Below are positions 38,335 through 48,510 of a DNA stretch of 64,000 bases, in pieces; within the stretch, counting starts at the first letter, position 1, and each line of letters starts with the position of its first letter. The stretch spans positions 3,174 through 67,173 of the forward strand of contig JAEESW010000009.1 of the NCBI GenBank assembly GCA_016290135.1, given 5' to 3'. The translations under genes and the position numbers were made by a program. Source of the stretch: a bacterium (GTDB lineage: Bacteria > UBP6 > UBA1177). The notes beneath the pieces are model-generated. The model saw only the letters and a program-made list of their open reading frames with translations. It searched no databases and was not told where the DNA came from.

Positions 38335-38888
38335 TGAAGCCTGCTAAGCCGGAATCAGGCAATTCGGCACAGCCTGCACCTGCTGGTCTCGTAAATGAGA
38401 CTATCAAAGCCTCTTCAATGAGGGTGATTGCCCCGACAGGCGAAGTGCTGGGTGTTCTTGCAAGAAGGGACGCTTTGGAAAAAGCGAGAGAATTTGGGCT
38501 GGATCTCGTCTGTGTTTCCCCAAACACGGATCCTGTAGTCTGCAAGATAATGGATTTCGGAAAGCATCTTTACAAGTTAAAGAAAAAGGCTAAAAAAGCT
38601 AAGGCAAATCAGGTCGTTATCGAAATTAAAGAACTTAAGATCCGTCCGAACACCGACACGCATGACCTTATGACGAAAATCCGTCAGGCGAAGAAGTTCC
38701 TTGAGGACGGAAACAAGGTCAAATTCACTGTTTTTTTCAGAGGCAGAGAGATCATGTTCGCTGAAAAAGCGTTGGAAAACCTTAATGTTATCGTTAAGGA
38801 ACTTGGTGGAGAAGACCAGCTTGCGATCGAATTGGATAGTGTTGTTAAAAATAAAAAAATGACAATGTTGGTAGCGCAGAAAAATTAA
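38331..38888 (+). CDS. infC: translation initiation factor IF-3
   Basis: MRVIAPTGEVLGVL..REALEKAREFGLDLVCVSPN..PVVCKIMDFGK..IEIKELKIRP; overlaps the thrS stop. Start codon choice (TTG 38331 vs ATG 38334) uncertain. Confidence 0.92.
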   Translation: MMKPAKPESGNSAQPAPAGLVNETIKASSMRVIAPTGEVLGVLARRDALEKAREFGLDLVCVSPNTDPVVCKIMDFGKHLYKLKKKAKKAKANQVVIEIKELKIRPNTDTHDLMTKIRQAKKFLEDGNKVKFTVFFRGREIMFAEKALENLNVIVKELGGEDQLAIELDSVVKNKKMTMLVAQKN

Positions 38889-38900
38889 GGAGAATTTGTT

Positions 38901-39098
38901 ATGCCGAAAATGAAAACTAATAGAGCTGCAGCGAAAAGAGTTAAATCGAACGGCAGCGGTAAAATGAAAAGATGGCATCCTTTCAAAAGCCACATCCTTA
39001 CGAAGAAAACCCGTAAGAGAAAAAGAGATCTGAGAAAGGGCGCATATATCGAAACATGCGATATCCCGCAGATGAAGAAACTTCTTCCGTATCTTTAA
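38901..39098 (+). CDS. rpmI: 50S ribosomal protein L35
   Basis: [15 protein letters not shown]... 65 aa basic protein. Confidence 0.95.
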   Translation: MPKMKTNRAAAKRVKSNGSGKMKRWHPFKSHILTKKTRKRKRDLRKGAYIETCDIPQMKKLLPYL

Positions 39099-39110
39099 TA
39101 GGAGTTAGAA

Positions 39111-39461
39111 ATGAGAGTAAAAAGAGGATTTAAAGCCAATAGAAGAAGAGCTACGATACTCAGAGCCGCAAAAGGCAACTATATGGCAAGATCGAGAAGA
39201 TACAGAGTTGCCAAGGAAACTGTTGAAAGAGGATGGGCTTACGCGTTTGCTCACAGAAAACTCAAAAAGAGAGATTTCAGAAAACTCTGGATCACGAGAA
39301 TCAATTCAGCTGTCAGAGAAAGAGGACTTTCCTACTCAAAATTCATGGATATGATCCACAAGGCAAATATCGACATCGACAGAAAAGTTCTTGCATATCT
39401 TGCAGTCGAAGATCCGAAAGCTTTCGACAGAATTATTGAAGAAGCCAAAGGCGCGAACTAA
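39111..39461 (+). CDS. rplT: 50S ribosomal protein L20
   Basis: MRVKRGFKANRRR..ARSRRYRVA..AFAHRKLKKRDFRKLWITRINSA. Confidence 0.95.
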   Translation: MRVKRGFKANRRRATILRAAKGNYMARSRRYRVAKETVERGWAYAFAHRKLKKRDFRKLWITRINSAVRERGLSYSKFMDMIHKANIDIDRKVLAYLAVEDPKAFDRIIEEAKGAN

Positions 39462-39476
39462 TTATTGGGGGAAAAT

Positions 39477-39761
39477 ATGAGTGTAACAAAAGTTGAACTT
39501 GCAGACCTTGTTTACGAGCAGATGAAAATTGACAAGAAAGATGCTTCTGAACTTGTCGATATGTTCTTTGAAGAACTGAAAGATACTCTCGCAAAAGAGG
39601 GCGAGATCCAACTCAGCGGTTTCGGCAAATTCTCCGTAAAAGAAAAGAAAGAGAGAAGAGGCCGCAATCCTCAGACGAAAAAACCCTTGACGATCAGCAA
39701 AAGAAAAGTTGCGACTTTCCATCACAGCCAGGTGCTGAAAGACAGGCTTAACAATAAGTAG
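39477..39761 (+). CDS. hup: HU/IHF family nucleoid-associated DNA-binding protein
   Basis: MSVTKVELADLVYEQ...LSGFGKFSVKEKKERRGRNPQTKKPLTI (beta-arm RNP motif). ATG 39477 with GGGGGAAAAT RBS. Confidence 0.85.
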   Translation: MSVTKVELADLVYEQMKIDKKDASELVDMFFEELKDTLAKEGEIQLSGFGKFSVKEKKERRGRNPQTKKPLTISKRKVATFHHSQVLKDRLNNK

Positions 39762-39776
39762 CTGTTCCAATAAGGT

Positions 39777-39854
39777 CGGGATGTAGCGCAGTCTGGGTAG
39801 CGTACCTGAATGGGGTTCAGGTGGTCGCTGGTTCAAATCCAGTCATCCCGACCA
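39777..39854 (+). tRNA. tRNA-Pro (anticodon GGG)
   Basis: Acceptor CGGGATG/CATCCCG, anticodon stem CCTGA/TCAGG with loop ATGGGGT, T arm GCTGG-TTCAAAT-CCAGT, encoded CCA. Confidence 0.9.
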
Positions 39855-39865
39855 TTTTTTGTATA

Positions 39866-40642
39866 ATGACGAAAAAGATTTTTCTTACAAACGATGACGG
39901 GATTTATGCCGCAGGTCTGTCGGCTTTGGAAATTTCGGCATCGAAGAGAAGTCTGTCTTGCTTTGTTTCCGCACCGCTCAATGAACAGAGCGGCGCAGGA
40001 CATTCGATAACCTTGGGGGAACCGCTCAGGGTTTCAAAATTTGCCGAAAATCGTTTTGCAGTCCACGGAACTCCGACAGACGCAGTATATATCGGCATCA
40101 ATGCTTTGATGGGTGAAAAACCGCTGTTTGCGATTTCAGGGATCAACAAAGGCGGAAATTTAGGTGATGACATCACTTATTCCGGAACCGTTTCGGCGGC
40201 GATGGAGACCTTTTATCACGGGATAACATCTTTCGCGGTCTCTCTTTACATCACTGATTTCGCAGCGTTCAAAAACGAGACTTTTGCGTTATGCGCAGAC
40301 TTCCTTTTTGACGAAATTATTCCTGAAATAGAGAGAGTTATAGGAAAATCTGAACTTTACGGAACTCCACGGCTTTTCAATATCAACATTCCTGAAACTA
40401 TCGCAAATTCCGGAAAAGTCCCAATAAAATGGGCGCTTTTCGGCAAAAGGCTTTACGGAGGGGATGTTGTGAAACGAGTCGATCCGCGCGGCAAGGAATA
40501 CTACTGGATCGGCGGAGACCAGCTTAGTTTCGCCGATATCGCCGGAAGTGACTGTCTCGAGATCCAGCGCGGCAGCGCGACGATAACTCCGGTCTCGCTC
40601 GATTTTACTGATTATGAAATTCTTAACAAAATCAAGGTGTGA
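39866..40642 (+). CDS. surE: 5'/3'-nucleotidase SurE
   Basis: IFLTNDDGIYAAGL N-terminal motif, GTPTDAVY, SGINKGGNLG. ORF-track start 39821 runs into tRNA-Pro and is spurious. Confidence 0.9.
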   Translation: MTKKIFLTNDDGIYAAGLSALEISASKRSLSCFVSAPLNEQSGAGHSITLGEPLRVSKFAENRFAVHGTPTDAVYIGINALMGEKPLFAISGINKGGNLGDDITYSGTVSAAMETFYHGITSFAVSLYITDFAAFKNETFALCADFLFDEIIPEIERVIGKSELYGTPRLFNINIPETIANSGKVPIKWALFGKRLYGGDVVKRVDPRGKEYYWIGGDQLSFADIAGSDCLEIQRGSATITPVSLDFTDYEILNKIKV

Positions 40643-40643
40643 T

Positions 40644-41606
40644 ATGGAAAAACTTACTTTTAAAAAGGCGGTCATGGCCACTCCCGGACCGAATTCATGG
40701 AAAGAGGCGATACTTCTTGCGATAACCGGGCTCTGCATGGGAGCCGCGAATGTTATTCCCGGTGTTTCAGGCGGCACGATCGCGCTTATTGCCGGAATTT
40801 ACCAGAAACTGCTCGCTGCGATCAAATCTTTTGACGCTGAATGCGTGAAAAAACTTCTTTCTTTTGATATCAAAGGAGCCGTTGCTCATCTTCACACCCG
40901 CTTTCTTGCAGTCCTTTTCTTCGGTGTCGCCGTTGCGATAGTTACACTCGCGCACATCATGAAATTTTTGCTCAACGAGTGTCCGGAGCCGACTTACAGC
41001 CTTTTTTACGGTCTTATCGCTGCATCGATCTATGTCGTCGGAAAGACGATAAAATGGCGTATTCCCGAGGTGATCTCCATATTCGCAGGAACTGTTGCGG
41101 CATATTTCCTGGTCGGACTCATCCCGGTCGAGACTCCGAACGGTCTCTGGTTCATCTTTCTCTGCGGAGTTTTGAGCATCTGCGCGATGATACTGCCCGG
41201 CATAAGCGGCGCATTCATCCTTCTTGTCCTCAAAAAATATGAATATATCATCGAGGCTGTGAAAAATCCGTTCAGCACGGAGAGCATGCTTGTGATTGTC
41301 GTTTTCTGTCTCGGCTGCGGTGCGGGACTTATCGGATTTTCGCGGTTTTTCAACTGGCTTCTTACAAAATGGCATTCCGTGACGCTTGCGTTCCTTACTG
41401 GTCTTATGGCCGGTTCTCTGCGCAGCATCTGGCCTTGGAAAGGGGAGAAGATTGTTGAGATCATAGGTGGAAAAGAACATGTGGTTTCTCAGGCAAATGT
41501 TTTTCCATCCGAATTCGGAGGCTATTTCTTCCTCTGCATCGCGCTTATGATCGTCGGCGTCGTTTCGATCGTAGTTCTTGACAGAATTTCAGAAAAACAT
41601 GGATAA
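40644..41606 (+). CDS. DUF368-family polytopic membrane protein (putative polyprenyl-phosphate transporter, PopT-like)
   Basis: Two internal repeats each with a PG(V/I)SG(G/A) re-entrant-type motif (IPGVSGGTIALIAG; LPGISGAFILLVL), about 8 TM helices, about 320 aa. Assignment to DUF368 is from memory of the family architecture. Confidence 0.5.
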   Translation: MEKLTFKKAVMATPGPNSWKEAILLAITGLCMGAANVIPGVSGGTIALIAGIYQKLLAAIKSFDAECVKKLLSFDIKGAVAHLHTRFLAVLFFGVAVAIVTLAHIMKFLLNECPEPTYSLFYGLIAASIYVVGKTIKWRIPEVISIFAGTVAAYFLVGLIPVETPNGLWFIFLCGVLSICAMILPGISGAFILLVLKKYEYIIEAVKNPFSTESMLVIVVFCLGCGAGLIGFSRFFNWLLTKWHSVTLAFLTGLMAGSLRSIWPWKGEKIVEIIGGKEHVVSQANVFPSEFGGYFFLCIALMIVGVVSIVVLDRISEKHG

Positions 41607-41634
41607 TTATTAAACTTTTTAGCTGGAGATAACT

Positions 41635-42315
41635 TTGAGGGAACACTCTTTCATAACAAACTACCTAAATAATCCTTACGCTTCCGTGCTCTCGGTTTCG
41701 GGCAACACCAAAGTCATCACGGCGCTTTCGCTCGACTTCAAAGTTCCTCCCCATGTTAAAAGCGGCGGCTGGCTCACTGCCGAGTATTCTCTTCTTCCGG
41801 GCTCGACAAATGTCAGAAGTGTCCGTGAAAGGACCAAAATTTCAGGCAGGACTGCCGAGATCCAGCGTCTGATAGGGCGTTCTCTCAGGATGGCGGTCGA
41901 TCTCGAAAAGATCCCCGGCATCACGATGCTTATCGACTGCGATGTGCTGGAAGCTGACGGCGGGACGCGCACCGCTTCGGTAAACGGCGGTATGCTTGCT
42001 GTGGCGCTTGCATGCAGAAAACTGGTCGAAGAAGGCCTTGTTCCCGAGGATCCTCTCAAGAATTGGATCGGAGCTATAAGCGGCGGTGTTATCGACGGCG
42101 AAGTCGTGATCGATCTGGACTACGAAAAGGATTCGCGGGCAGATACCGATTTTAATTTTGTTTTTTCTGAAAACGGCAATATAATCGAACTTCAGGGGAC
42201 CGCTGAAAGAGTTCCTCTTGATGATGCCAAGTTCTTTGAATTGTTGAATAAATCACGTAAAAGCGTGATGGAGATCATAGCAGAAATGAAATCAATGGCA
42301 GGATTTACAAAATGA
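41635..42315 (+). CDS. rph: ribonuclease PH (N-terminus about 10 aa shorter than canonical)
   Basis: GNTKV..TAEY..GRTAEIQRLIGRSLR..DCDVLEADGGTRTASVNGG..TDFNFV core conserved. The usual N-terminal RPDGR...LRPV stretch is absent from the called frame. Confidence 0.85.
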   Translation: MREHSFITNYLNNPYASVLSVSGNTKVITALSLDFKVPPHVKSGGWLTAEYSLLPGSTNVRSVRERTKISGRTAEIQRLIGRSLRMAVDLEKIPGITMLIDCDVLEADGGTRTASVNGGMLAVALACRKLVEEGLVPEDPLKNWIGAISGGVIDGEVVIDLDYEKDSRADTDFNFVFSENGNIIELQGTAERVPLDDAKFFELLNKSRKSVMEIIAEMKSMAGFTK

Positions 42316-43322
42316 TAATTGTTGTAAAAAAAGGGACAAAAGAAGAATTTATTGACAATATAAAGGAAACGCTGCTTGCAAACGGCATGACGTTTTATGT
42401 CCTGCAAGGTTCGAGCTATGTGCTGATCCCGGTGGCCGGAGATCTTACAACTTCGGATATGGGACGTTTTAAGTCCTTGAAGGGTGTCGAGCGCATAATC
42501 AACATTTCGAAACCATACTTCATGGCTTCGAAAAATTATCGGGAAAAGAGCGTGGTCGATTTGGGCGACGGGGTCAGGATTGGAGAAAATTTCACAATGA
42601 TATCAGGCCCTTGCAGCGTGGAAAGCGCAGACTCGCTTGATAAGATCGCGGCCTTTATTTCAGCTCTCGGCGTAAAGGTCCTGCGAGGCGGGACATTTAA
42701 AATGAGGACTTCGCCTTACTCTTTCCAGGGGCTTGGTGAAAACGGCGTCAAGATCCTGAATGAAACGGCAAAAAGGTATAATATGAAGGCGATTTCGGAA
42801 ATAGTCGATGTCAGACATATCGATCTTTTTGAGCAGTATATCGATATCATTCAGGTGGGGGCGAGAAACATGATGAATTTCGCCCTTCTTAAAGAATTGG
42901 GCAAGTGCAGCAAGCCGATCCTGCTCAAGCGCTCTGCAAACGCCACGATCGAAGAGTTTCTCTCAAGTGCCGAATACATAATGGCGGAAGGTAATGAAAA
43001 CATAATTCTGTGTGAGCGGGGGATCACTTCTTTCGATGATTCTACCCGCAGTCTCGTGAATATTGCTGCGATCCCGATAATCAAGGAACAGACGCATCTT
43101 CCGGTGATCCTTGACCCGTCCCACAGTGTCGGCAGTTTCAAGCATATCCCCGAAGTTTCAGAAGCGGCTGTCGTTCTTGGTGCCGACGGTCTTATCGTTG
43201 AAACGCACTACAATCCGACGAATGCCCTTTCCGACGGATATCAGTCCCTTAATTTCAATCATTTTGAGTCAATGTATAAAAAGATACTCAAACTCTGCGA
43301 ATTTAAAAAGGAAGAACTGTAA
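42312..43322 (+). CDS. 3-deoxy-7-phosphoheptulonate (DAHP) synthase, class I-beta with N-terminal regulatory ferredoxin-like domain
   Basis: C-terminal KDO8P/DAHP-synthase TIM barrel (ISGPCSVES, LRGGTFK(M)RTSPYSFQG, DPSHS) preceded by an ~80-aa FL regulatory domain as in Thermotoga/Pyrococcus enzymes. Confidence 0.85.
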   Translation: MIIVVKKGTKEEFIDNIKETLLANGMTFYVLQGSSYVLIPVAGDLTTSDMGRFKSLKGVERIINISKPYFMASKNYREKSVVDLGDGVRIGENFTMISGPCSVESADSLDKIAAFISALGVKVLRGGTFKMRTSPYSFQGLGENGVKILNETAKRYNMKAISEIVDVRHIDLFEQYIDIIQVGARNMMNFALLKELGKCSKPILLKRSANATIEEFLSSAEYIMAEGNENIILCERGITSFDDSTRSLVNIAAIPIIKEQTHLPVILDPSHSVGSFKHIPEVSEAAVVLGADGLIVETHYNPTNALSDGYQSLNFNHFESMYKKILKLCEFKKEEL

Positions 43323-43358
43323 AAGTTTATAAATCCCCGTAATTGTTGGAGGTTTAAC

Positions 43359-44045
43359 ATGAAAAAAATCTTAGTGGCTTGTCTGGCTGCTGTTTTTATG
43401 CTCGTTGCGTGCAGCAAAGAAAAGGCGGCAGAGGCAAAAAACGCGGAAAGTCCTGAAAACAAAGAGAAAAAGGAGATGATCCAACCTGTGAAGGAGGAAA
43501 AAGAGATGAGTATTTACGATTTTACGGTGAAAGACAGAAAAGGAAACGATGTCCCGATGGCGAATTTCAAGGGTAAGGTGCTGCTTATCGTGAACACGGC
43601 TACCGGATGCGGTTTTACTCCGCAGTATGAAGGATTGGAAAAACTTTGGGGTGAATATCATGCTAAAGGTCTGGAAATACTGGATTTTCCGTGTGACCAA
43701 TTTGGTCATCAGGCTCCGGGAACGGACGATGAGATCCATCAGTTCTGCCAGGCTAAGTTCAACACGAGCTTTGACAACTTCAAGAAGATCGAAGTAAACG
43801 GCGAAAATGCGGAACCGCTCTACAAATACCTCAAAAGTCAGAAGAGTTTCGCGGGTTTTACAGGTGAAAAAGCTGAATTTATGGCCGGCTTTATCGCAAA
43901 ACAGGATCCCGACTACAAAAACAATGCCGAGATCAAATGGAATTTCACGAAATTTCTCGTAAACCGCGATGGCGTTGTGGTCGAGCGTTTTGAATCGACA
44001 GTTGAACCTGCCGAGCTCGCGGATAAGATCAATAGTCTGCTGTAA
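43359..44045 (+). CDS. gpx: glutathione peroxidase family lipoprotein
   Basis: Lipobox LVACS and linker, then GPx motifs NTATGCGFT, FPCDQFG, WNFTKFLV. Confidence 0.9.
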   Translation: MKKILVACLAAVFMLVACSKEKAAEAKNAESPENKEKKEMIQPVKEEKEMSIYDFTVKDRKGNDVPMANFKGKVLLIVNTATGCGFTPQYEGLEKLWGEYHAKGLEILDFPCDQFGHQAPGTDDEIHQFCQAKFNTSFDNFKKIEVNGENAEPLYKYLKSQKSFAGFTGEKAEFMAGFIAKQDPDYKNNAEIKWNFTKFLVNRDGVVVERFESTVEPAELADKINSLL

Positions 44046-44173
44046 AGCGGATCCTCTTCGCCGGTCTTGAAATTGTAGCTCGGTCTGATGATCGAGTCTA
44101 TCCTTAATTTTTGCAACTACCAAGTTTAGGAAAGATAAACCTGCAGTCGGGTGGCCGCCCGCGCTCCGGCAAG

Positions 44174-44212
44174 GCAAAAAAAAGAGGGCCCGAAAGGCCC
44201 CCTTTAAAAGTA
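44174..44212. terminator. bidirectional rho-independent terminator between convergent gpx and V-ATPase operon
   Basis: A8-GAGGGCCC-GAAA-GGCCCCC-TTTAAAAG: GC stem flanked by an A-run and a T-run. Confidence 0.6.
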
Positions 44213-44229
44213 GATCCGCTGTGTTCCGG

Positions 44230-44658
44230 CTATGAAGCCATCATGATGCCGCCGACGAGAGCGAAAAGCGCGAACGACTCAACGATACCGGGAGCCGCGA
44301 AGCTCATACCGAAAACGGAAGGTTTCTTTGAAACTGCAAGGATCGCGCTGGAGCAAGCTTTGCCCTGGAAAATTGCGCTGACCATGAATGCGAGGCCGCA
44401 AGCGAGACCGATTCCGAAGATAGCGAAATCGTTTTCTGCTTTGAGTGCACCCTGAAGGATGATCATGAGAGCGAAGCCGTAGATCGACTGAGACGCAGGC
44501 ATTGCGGAAAGTGCTACGAATTTTGCGTGGCCTTCTTCAACTTTTGCCATTGCGCCGTGAGAAGTCATACCTGCAAGACCGCAGCCGATCGAGCTGCCGA
44601 TTGCTGCAAGACCGAGGCAGAGAGCCGGGCCGAAATTCTGGAAATTTTCAAAAATCAT
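44230..44658 (-). CDS. atpK: V-type ATP synthase subunit K (proteolipid)
   Basis: 142 aa, four-TM c-ring subunit with Gly-rich helices and conserved carboxylate (GIVESFALFAL). Confidence 0.9.
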   Translation of the reverse strand: MIFENFQNFGPALCLGLAAIGSSIGCGLAGMTSHGAMAKVEEGHAKFVALSAMPASQSIYGFALMIILQGALKAENDFAIFGIGLACGLAFMVSAIFQGKACSSAILAVSKKPSVFGMSFAAPGIVESFALFALVGGIMMAS

Positions 44659-44681
44659 TTTTTTCTCCCTGAAAAAAGTTA

Positions 44682-46580
44682 TTAATCGTTGCCTTTAGCA
44701 TTTGTCATTAAATTCTTAAACGGCACGAACTTTCTGCCGCTGCCGTCAAAACACCATCTGTACCATTCGAGGAAATTGAGTCTGAGCCCGTGGATGACGC
44801 CACCCATGAGGCAGAGCGCGATGTTGAGCAGATGCCCGAAGATCGCAATTATCGGAGCGAAAACGTAGCCTGCAGCGCCGAAATCAAGGACCTGACCTGC
44901 CAGGTTGTTGAAGGTCTGCGCGAGCAGCGCACCGGACAGACCGAGCGCGAAAAGTCTGATATAGCTCAGTATGTCGCTGAAGAACTGAACTCCGTTGTAA
45001 AGCCCGAAGAATGAGGCGTAAAGCATCTTGAACGGGTTGAAAGTCTTTGCCTGAATCGCATAGAGAACGACTAAAATTCCGGCAAAGATCTCAAGCGAAA
45101 GAAGCCCGTTCGCGCTTATCGCAGCAGGGTCAGCCGCATTGAAAACGGTGCTTCCGCCTTTGTCGAAGGCATACCAGAAGAAGAATGACCAGATGCCGCC
45201 GATCCACGAAAGGTTGATGAGCGGTGAGATGAAATCCTTCTCGTCTTTCGCCGCACGGAGACCTCTCAAAATAAGTGAAAGGCAGATGTGGACCATACCG
45301 ATGAGCACCGAAAGCTGCATCATGAATTTCGTCGTGTCGGGATTTGTCTTGTCGATCTTGATGAAATCCATGTTCTTGCAGAAGGTGATGAGCGGTGCCT
45401 CGAACGCTTTCGGGAACCAGCCGAAGAATGCGCCTGTGAGTATGCCGTAGACTGCCGTAGCTCCCGTGAGAACGAGCGAAAGGTTGATGAAGCGTTTCAT
45501 CGCCGCGCCCGGATTTTTGAGCTTTATCTTGAGGAAAAGCATGAAAACGAAAAGGAGGAGTCCGTAGCCGCCGTCGCCCACGATCATCGCAAAGAAAAGT
45601 GTGAACGAGAAGAATACCCACGAACTCGGATCCCAGTCGGTGTATGCCGGCGTGTCGTAGATGTTGACGAGGTCGCGTCCCATTTCATCGACCGCCTTTT
45701 TCGAGTCGATGAGTGTCGGGATCGTTTCGTCCTTTTCAGGTTCGATCTCGATTATCGCCGCACATTCGTTTTCGAATGTCTTTTTCAGATTGGCCATTTC
45801 CGATTTCGGGCACCATGCCTGAAGAAGGAAGACTTTGTCGTCGAATTCGCTGACTGTCCCTTTTGCGGCGCGGTTGAAGCTGATCCTGTCGAGTTCGGCA
45901 AGATAGTTGTCGTAAAGCTCCTTTCTTTTCGCCGAAATGTCGAAGATAGCCGATTCGGTGCCGTTCTTCCTTTCTTTGAGTTCGCCGATCTTTTTCTTCA
46001 GCGAGGAAAGGTCTTCGTCAAGCACGATCTCGGAGCATTTTCTGAGTGTCAGACGCTCTTTCGCACAAGTCAGGAAGATCTCTTTCGCAGAATCGGAATA
46101 AACTTTGAAAACCGCGAGCGCACCTTCGAAATTTATCTCGTCTGCACCTTTTTTCGTGGTCTCCCAAACTTGTATCCTGATCCTGCCTTTCTCTTCGATT
46201 GAGCGGATCTCTTCAAGCGAGAAATCGCCTAAAGTTTCGATAGTTTTCAGCTTGTTTCCGAGAAGAGAAAGTTCGTCGCGCATCTTTTTGCAGGATGCGT
46301 CAAGCTCGATTATCTTGTTTGCCAGATCGGCTGCCGGAAGGTTGACGTCGCCGTGCCTGCGGTTCTCGTTTTCCTTCATAGCGGCATATTTGTCGGCAAG
46401 TTTCAGCGCGGAAAGAGCGGTATCGGCATTCGCAGTCGTTACGAAACGCCCGTCGGTCCTGAACTCTTTGCCTTTGTAGGGCATGACTTCGACGACTCCT
46501 GCCTTCTGCAGCGTTTTTATGATAGAATCTTTCTTTTTCTGCGGGCCGACCAGCAGAAGTTTTTGCATTTTACTTATCAT
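44682..46580 (-). CDS. atpI: V-type ATP synthase subunit I (a-subunit)
   Basis: 632 aa; cytoplasmic N-terminal coiled domain and C-terminal multi-TM domain with the conserved Arg helix (..IRLFALGLSG..). Confidence 0.9.
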   Translation of the reverse strand: MISKMQKLLLVGPQKKKDSIIKTLQKAGVVEVMPYKGKEFRTDGRFVTTANADTALSALKLADKYAAMKENENRRHGDVNLPAADLANKIIELDASCKKMRDELSLLGNKLKTIETLGDFSLEEIRSIEEKGRIRIQVWETTKKGADEINFEGALAVFKVYSDSAKEIFLTCAKERLTLRKCSEIVLDEDLSSLKKKIGELKERKNGTESAIFDISAKRKELYDNYLAELDRISFNRAAKGTVSEFDDKVFLLQAWCPKSEMANLKKTFENECAAIIEIEPEKDETIPTLIDSKKAVDEMGRDLVNIYDTPAYTDWDPSSWVFFSFTLFFAMIVGDGGYGLLLFVFMLFLKIKLKNPGAAMKRFINLSLVLTGATAVYGILTGAFFGWFPKAFEAPLITFCKNMDFIKIDKTNPDTTKFMMQLSVLIGMVHICLSLILRGLRAAKDEKDFISPLINLSWIGGIWSFFFWYAFDKGGSTVFNAADPAAISANGLLSLEIFAGILVVLYAIQAKTFNPFKMLYASFFGLYNGVQFFSDILSYIRLFALGLSGALLAQTFNNLAGQVLDFGAAGYVFAPIIAIFGHLLNIALCLMGGVIHGLRLNFLEWYRWCFDGSGRKFVPFKNLMTNAKGND

Positions 46581-47204
46581 TTACACCGCCTCCGCGAACT
46601 TTTCGTCCTTTCTCTTGAGTTTGTCTTTCGCGATTTTGGCGTTGCAGATCGCAGCTATCTCCTGATCGCCGAGGAAAATGGAGATCTTTTTGATGTTTTC
46701 CTTGCACTCCGGGATCTTCCTCTTTTCGAAAAGGTTGACCTTGATGCTCGTCTGGCGCAGCTCTTCCGAAAGGATGTCGAAACGCTCGTGAACGATTTTC
46801 AGCTTTTCCCTTTCGGCAACGAGTGCCCGAAGTTCTTCGAAGGCTTTGTCAAGCCAGACCGGACTAGCGAAAAATGAGTATTCGAACGGCTTGAACCTGA
46901 CATCCTTGAAGACTCTGACATCTACTCCGGCGATATTTTCGGTTTCGGTCAGGACTTCTTCGACTGCAACGAGCTGATATATGTTCAGAGTGAGTTTCTG
47001 GCTCAGCATCGCCGCCCATTTTGCGACGAAATCCCTCCTTTGTGCGATCTCAGCTTCGACTGCGGCCGCCATGTTGCGGGAGTTTTCGACTTCCGCCTGA
47101 AGCTGCTGCTTTTTCAGCTGGAGCGTGGGAAGGTATTTGCTGAGCTGCGCCAGAAGGTTCTTCTGAGTTTTCAGCTCTGTTTTGTTCAGTTTTATTACTG
47201 CCAT
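46581..47204 (-). CDS. atpD: V-type ATP synthase subunit D
   Basis: 207 aa coiled-coil central stalk subunit, MAVIKLNKTELKTQKNLLAQLSKYLPTLQLKKQQLQ. Confidence 0.9.
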   Translation of the reverse strand: MAVIKLNKTELKTQKNLLAQLSKYLPTLQLKKQQLQAEVENSRNMAAAVEAEIAQRRDFVAKWAAMLSQKLTLNIYQLVAVEEVLTETENIAGVDVRVFKDVRFKPFEYSFFASPVWLDKAFEELRALVAEREKLKIVHERFDILSEELRQTSIKVNLFEKRKIPECKENIKKISIFLGDQEIAAICNAKIAKDKLKRKDEKFAEAV

Positions 47205-48509
47205 TTACTTATCCCATTTACCATATTTCTCAATCCAAGCGTTTTTAAGACCTGTTTCGTTCCTGTCAAAGCACTGAGCGAGGATCGTCCAGCCGAGGTC
47301 GAGCTGTTCCTCGATGTCGAGGTTGACCTGGAGGTCCATCATCTTCTTCTCGAATGTTTCTGCGTAAGCGAGAAGTTTCTTGTCCCAGCCTGAAAGTCTG
47401 AAACCCATCGACTCTCTGTCACGCGCCTTTTTTGCATCGGCGTAAAGCCTGATCATCGCGTTTGCAAGGTCGCCGTGGTCTTCTCTCGTGACTTTTCCCA
47501 TGACCTGCTGTTTAAGACGGCTGAGCGAGCCGAACGGGTCGATCCTTCCGCCGTGCAGATAGAACTGACCTTCGGTGATGTATCCCGTGTTGTCGGGAAC
47601 CGGGTGCGTTACGTCGTTTCCGGGCATCGTCGTGACCGCGATGATCGTGATCGAGCCGGAACCTTCGATATCGACCGCCTTTTCGTATCTCGAAGCGAGG
47701 TCGGAGTAGAGCGAACCCGGATAACCACGGTTCGAAGGAACCATATCCATGGAGATCGAGATTTCCTTCAGCGAGTCGCTGAAAGAAGTCATATCGGTAA
47801 GAAGAACGAGGACGTTTTTGTCCTTGATAGCGAACTGTTCCGCAGCAGCAAGTGCCATGTCGGGAACGAGGACGCACTCAACGACCGGGTCGGAAGCGAG
47901 GTGGATGAACATCGAAGTCTTTTCCATAGCTCCCGTTCTCGTGAAGTAGTCCTTGAAGAACTGGTAGTCGTCGAATTTAAGTCCCATGCCGCCGAGGATG
48001 ATGATGTCGGCGTCTGTCTGGCTCGCGATTCGTGCGAGAAGTTCGTTGTAAGGCTCGCCGGAGATCGAGAAAATAGGGATCTTCTGGCTGATGACGAGCG
48101 CGTTGAACATGTCGATCATCGGGATGTTCGTTCTGACGAATCTCTTCGGAACGATCCTTCTTGACGGGTTGAACGAAGGTCCGCCGATATCGACTTTTTC
48201 AGCCATGATCTCGGGACCGTTGTCGATCGGTTCGCCGCTGCCGTTGAAGACTCTTCCGAGCATGCTTTCGCCGCAGTTTACCTGCATCGGTTTGCTGAGG
48301 AAGCGGATCTGGTCGCCCGTGCCGACGCCTTTCGTTCCGGCGAAGATCTGAAGGCTGACTCTGTCGCCGTTGAAGCCGATGACCTGACCCAGAGTCGATC
48401 TTCCGTCATTCATTTTTATCTGCGCAAGTTCGCCCAGCATTACGCCTTCAGCCTTTACCTGAGCGATACTTCCTTTGATCCTTTCGATTCGGTTGTATGT
48501 CTTTACCAT
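47205..48509 (-). CDS. atpB: V-type ATP synthase subunit B
   Basis: Non-catalytic A/B family subunit, 434 aa, degenerate P-loop (no GxxGxGKT), conserved B-subunit blocks. Confidence 0.95.
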   Translation of the reverse strand: MVKTYNRIERIKGSIAQVKAEGVMLGELAQIKMNDGRSTLGQVIGFNGDRVSLQIFAGTKGVGTGDQIRFLSKPMQVNCGESMLGRVFNGSGEPIDNGPEIMAEKVDIGGPSFNPSRRIVPKRFVRTNIPMIDMFNALVISQKIPIFSISGEPYNELLARIASQTDADIIILGGMGLKFDDYQFFKDYFTRTGAMEKTSMFIHLASDPVVECVLVPDMALAAAEQFAIKDKNVLVLLTDMTSFSDSLKEISISMDMVPSNRGYPGSLYSDLASRYEKAVDIEGSGSITIIAVTTMPGNDVTHPVPDNTGYITEGQFYLHGGRIDPFGSLSRLKQQVMGKVTREDHGDLANAMIRLYADAKKARDRESMGFRLSGWDKKLLAYAETFEKKMMDLQVNLDIEEQLDLGWTILAQCFDRNETGLKNAWIEKYGKWDK

Positions 48510-48510
48510 G

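Noticed and set aside
39821-39865. ORF-track N-terminal extension of surE (MVAGSNPVIPTIFCI...)
   Set aside because: It is the translation of tRNA-Pro. SurE starts at ATG 39866 (MTKKIFLTNDDG).
41635-41700. Possible 5' truncation or frameshift of rph (missing RPDGR...LRPV N-terminal stretch)
   Set aside because: No upstream in-frame sequence encodes the motif. The remaining catalytic core is intact and the upstream gene ends only 28 nt before. Probably a naturally short N-terminus or an alternative start, so not flagged as a pseudogene.
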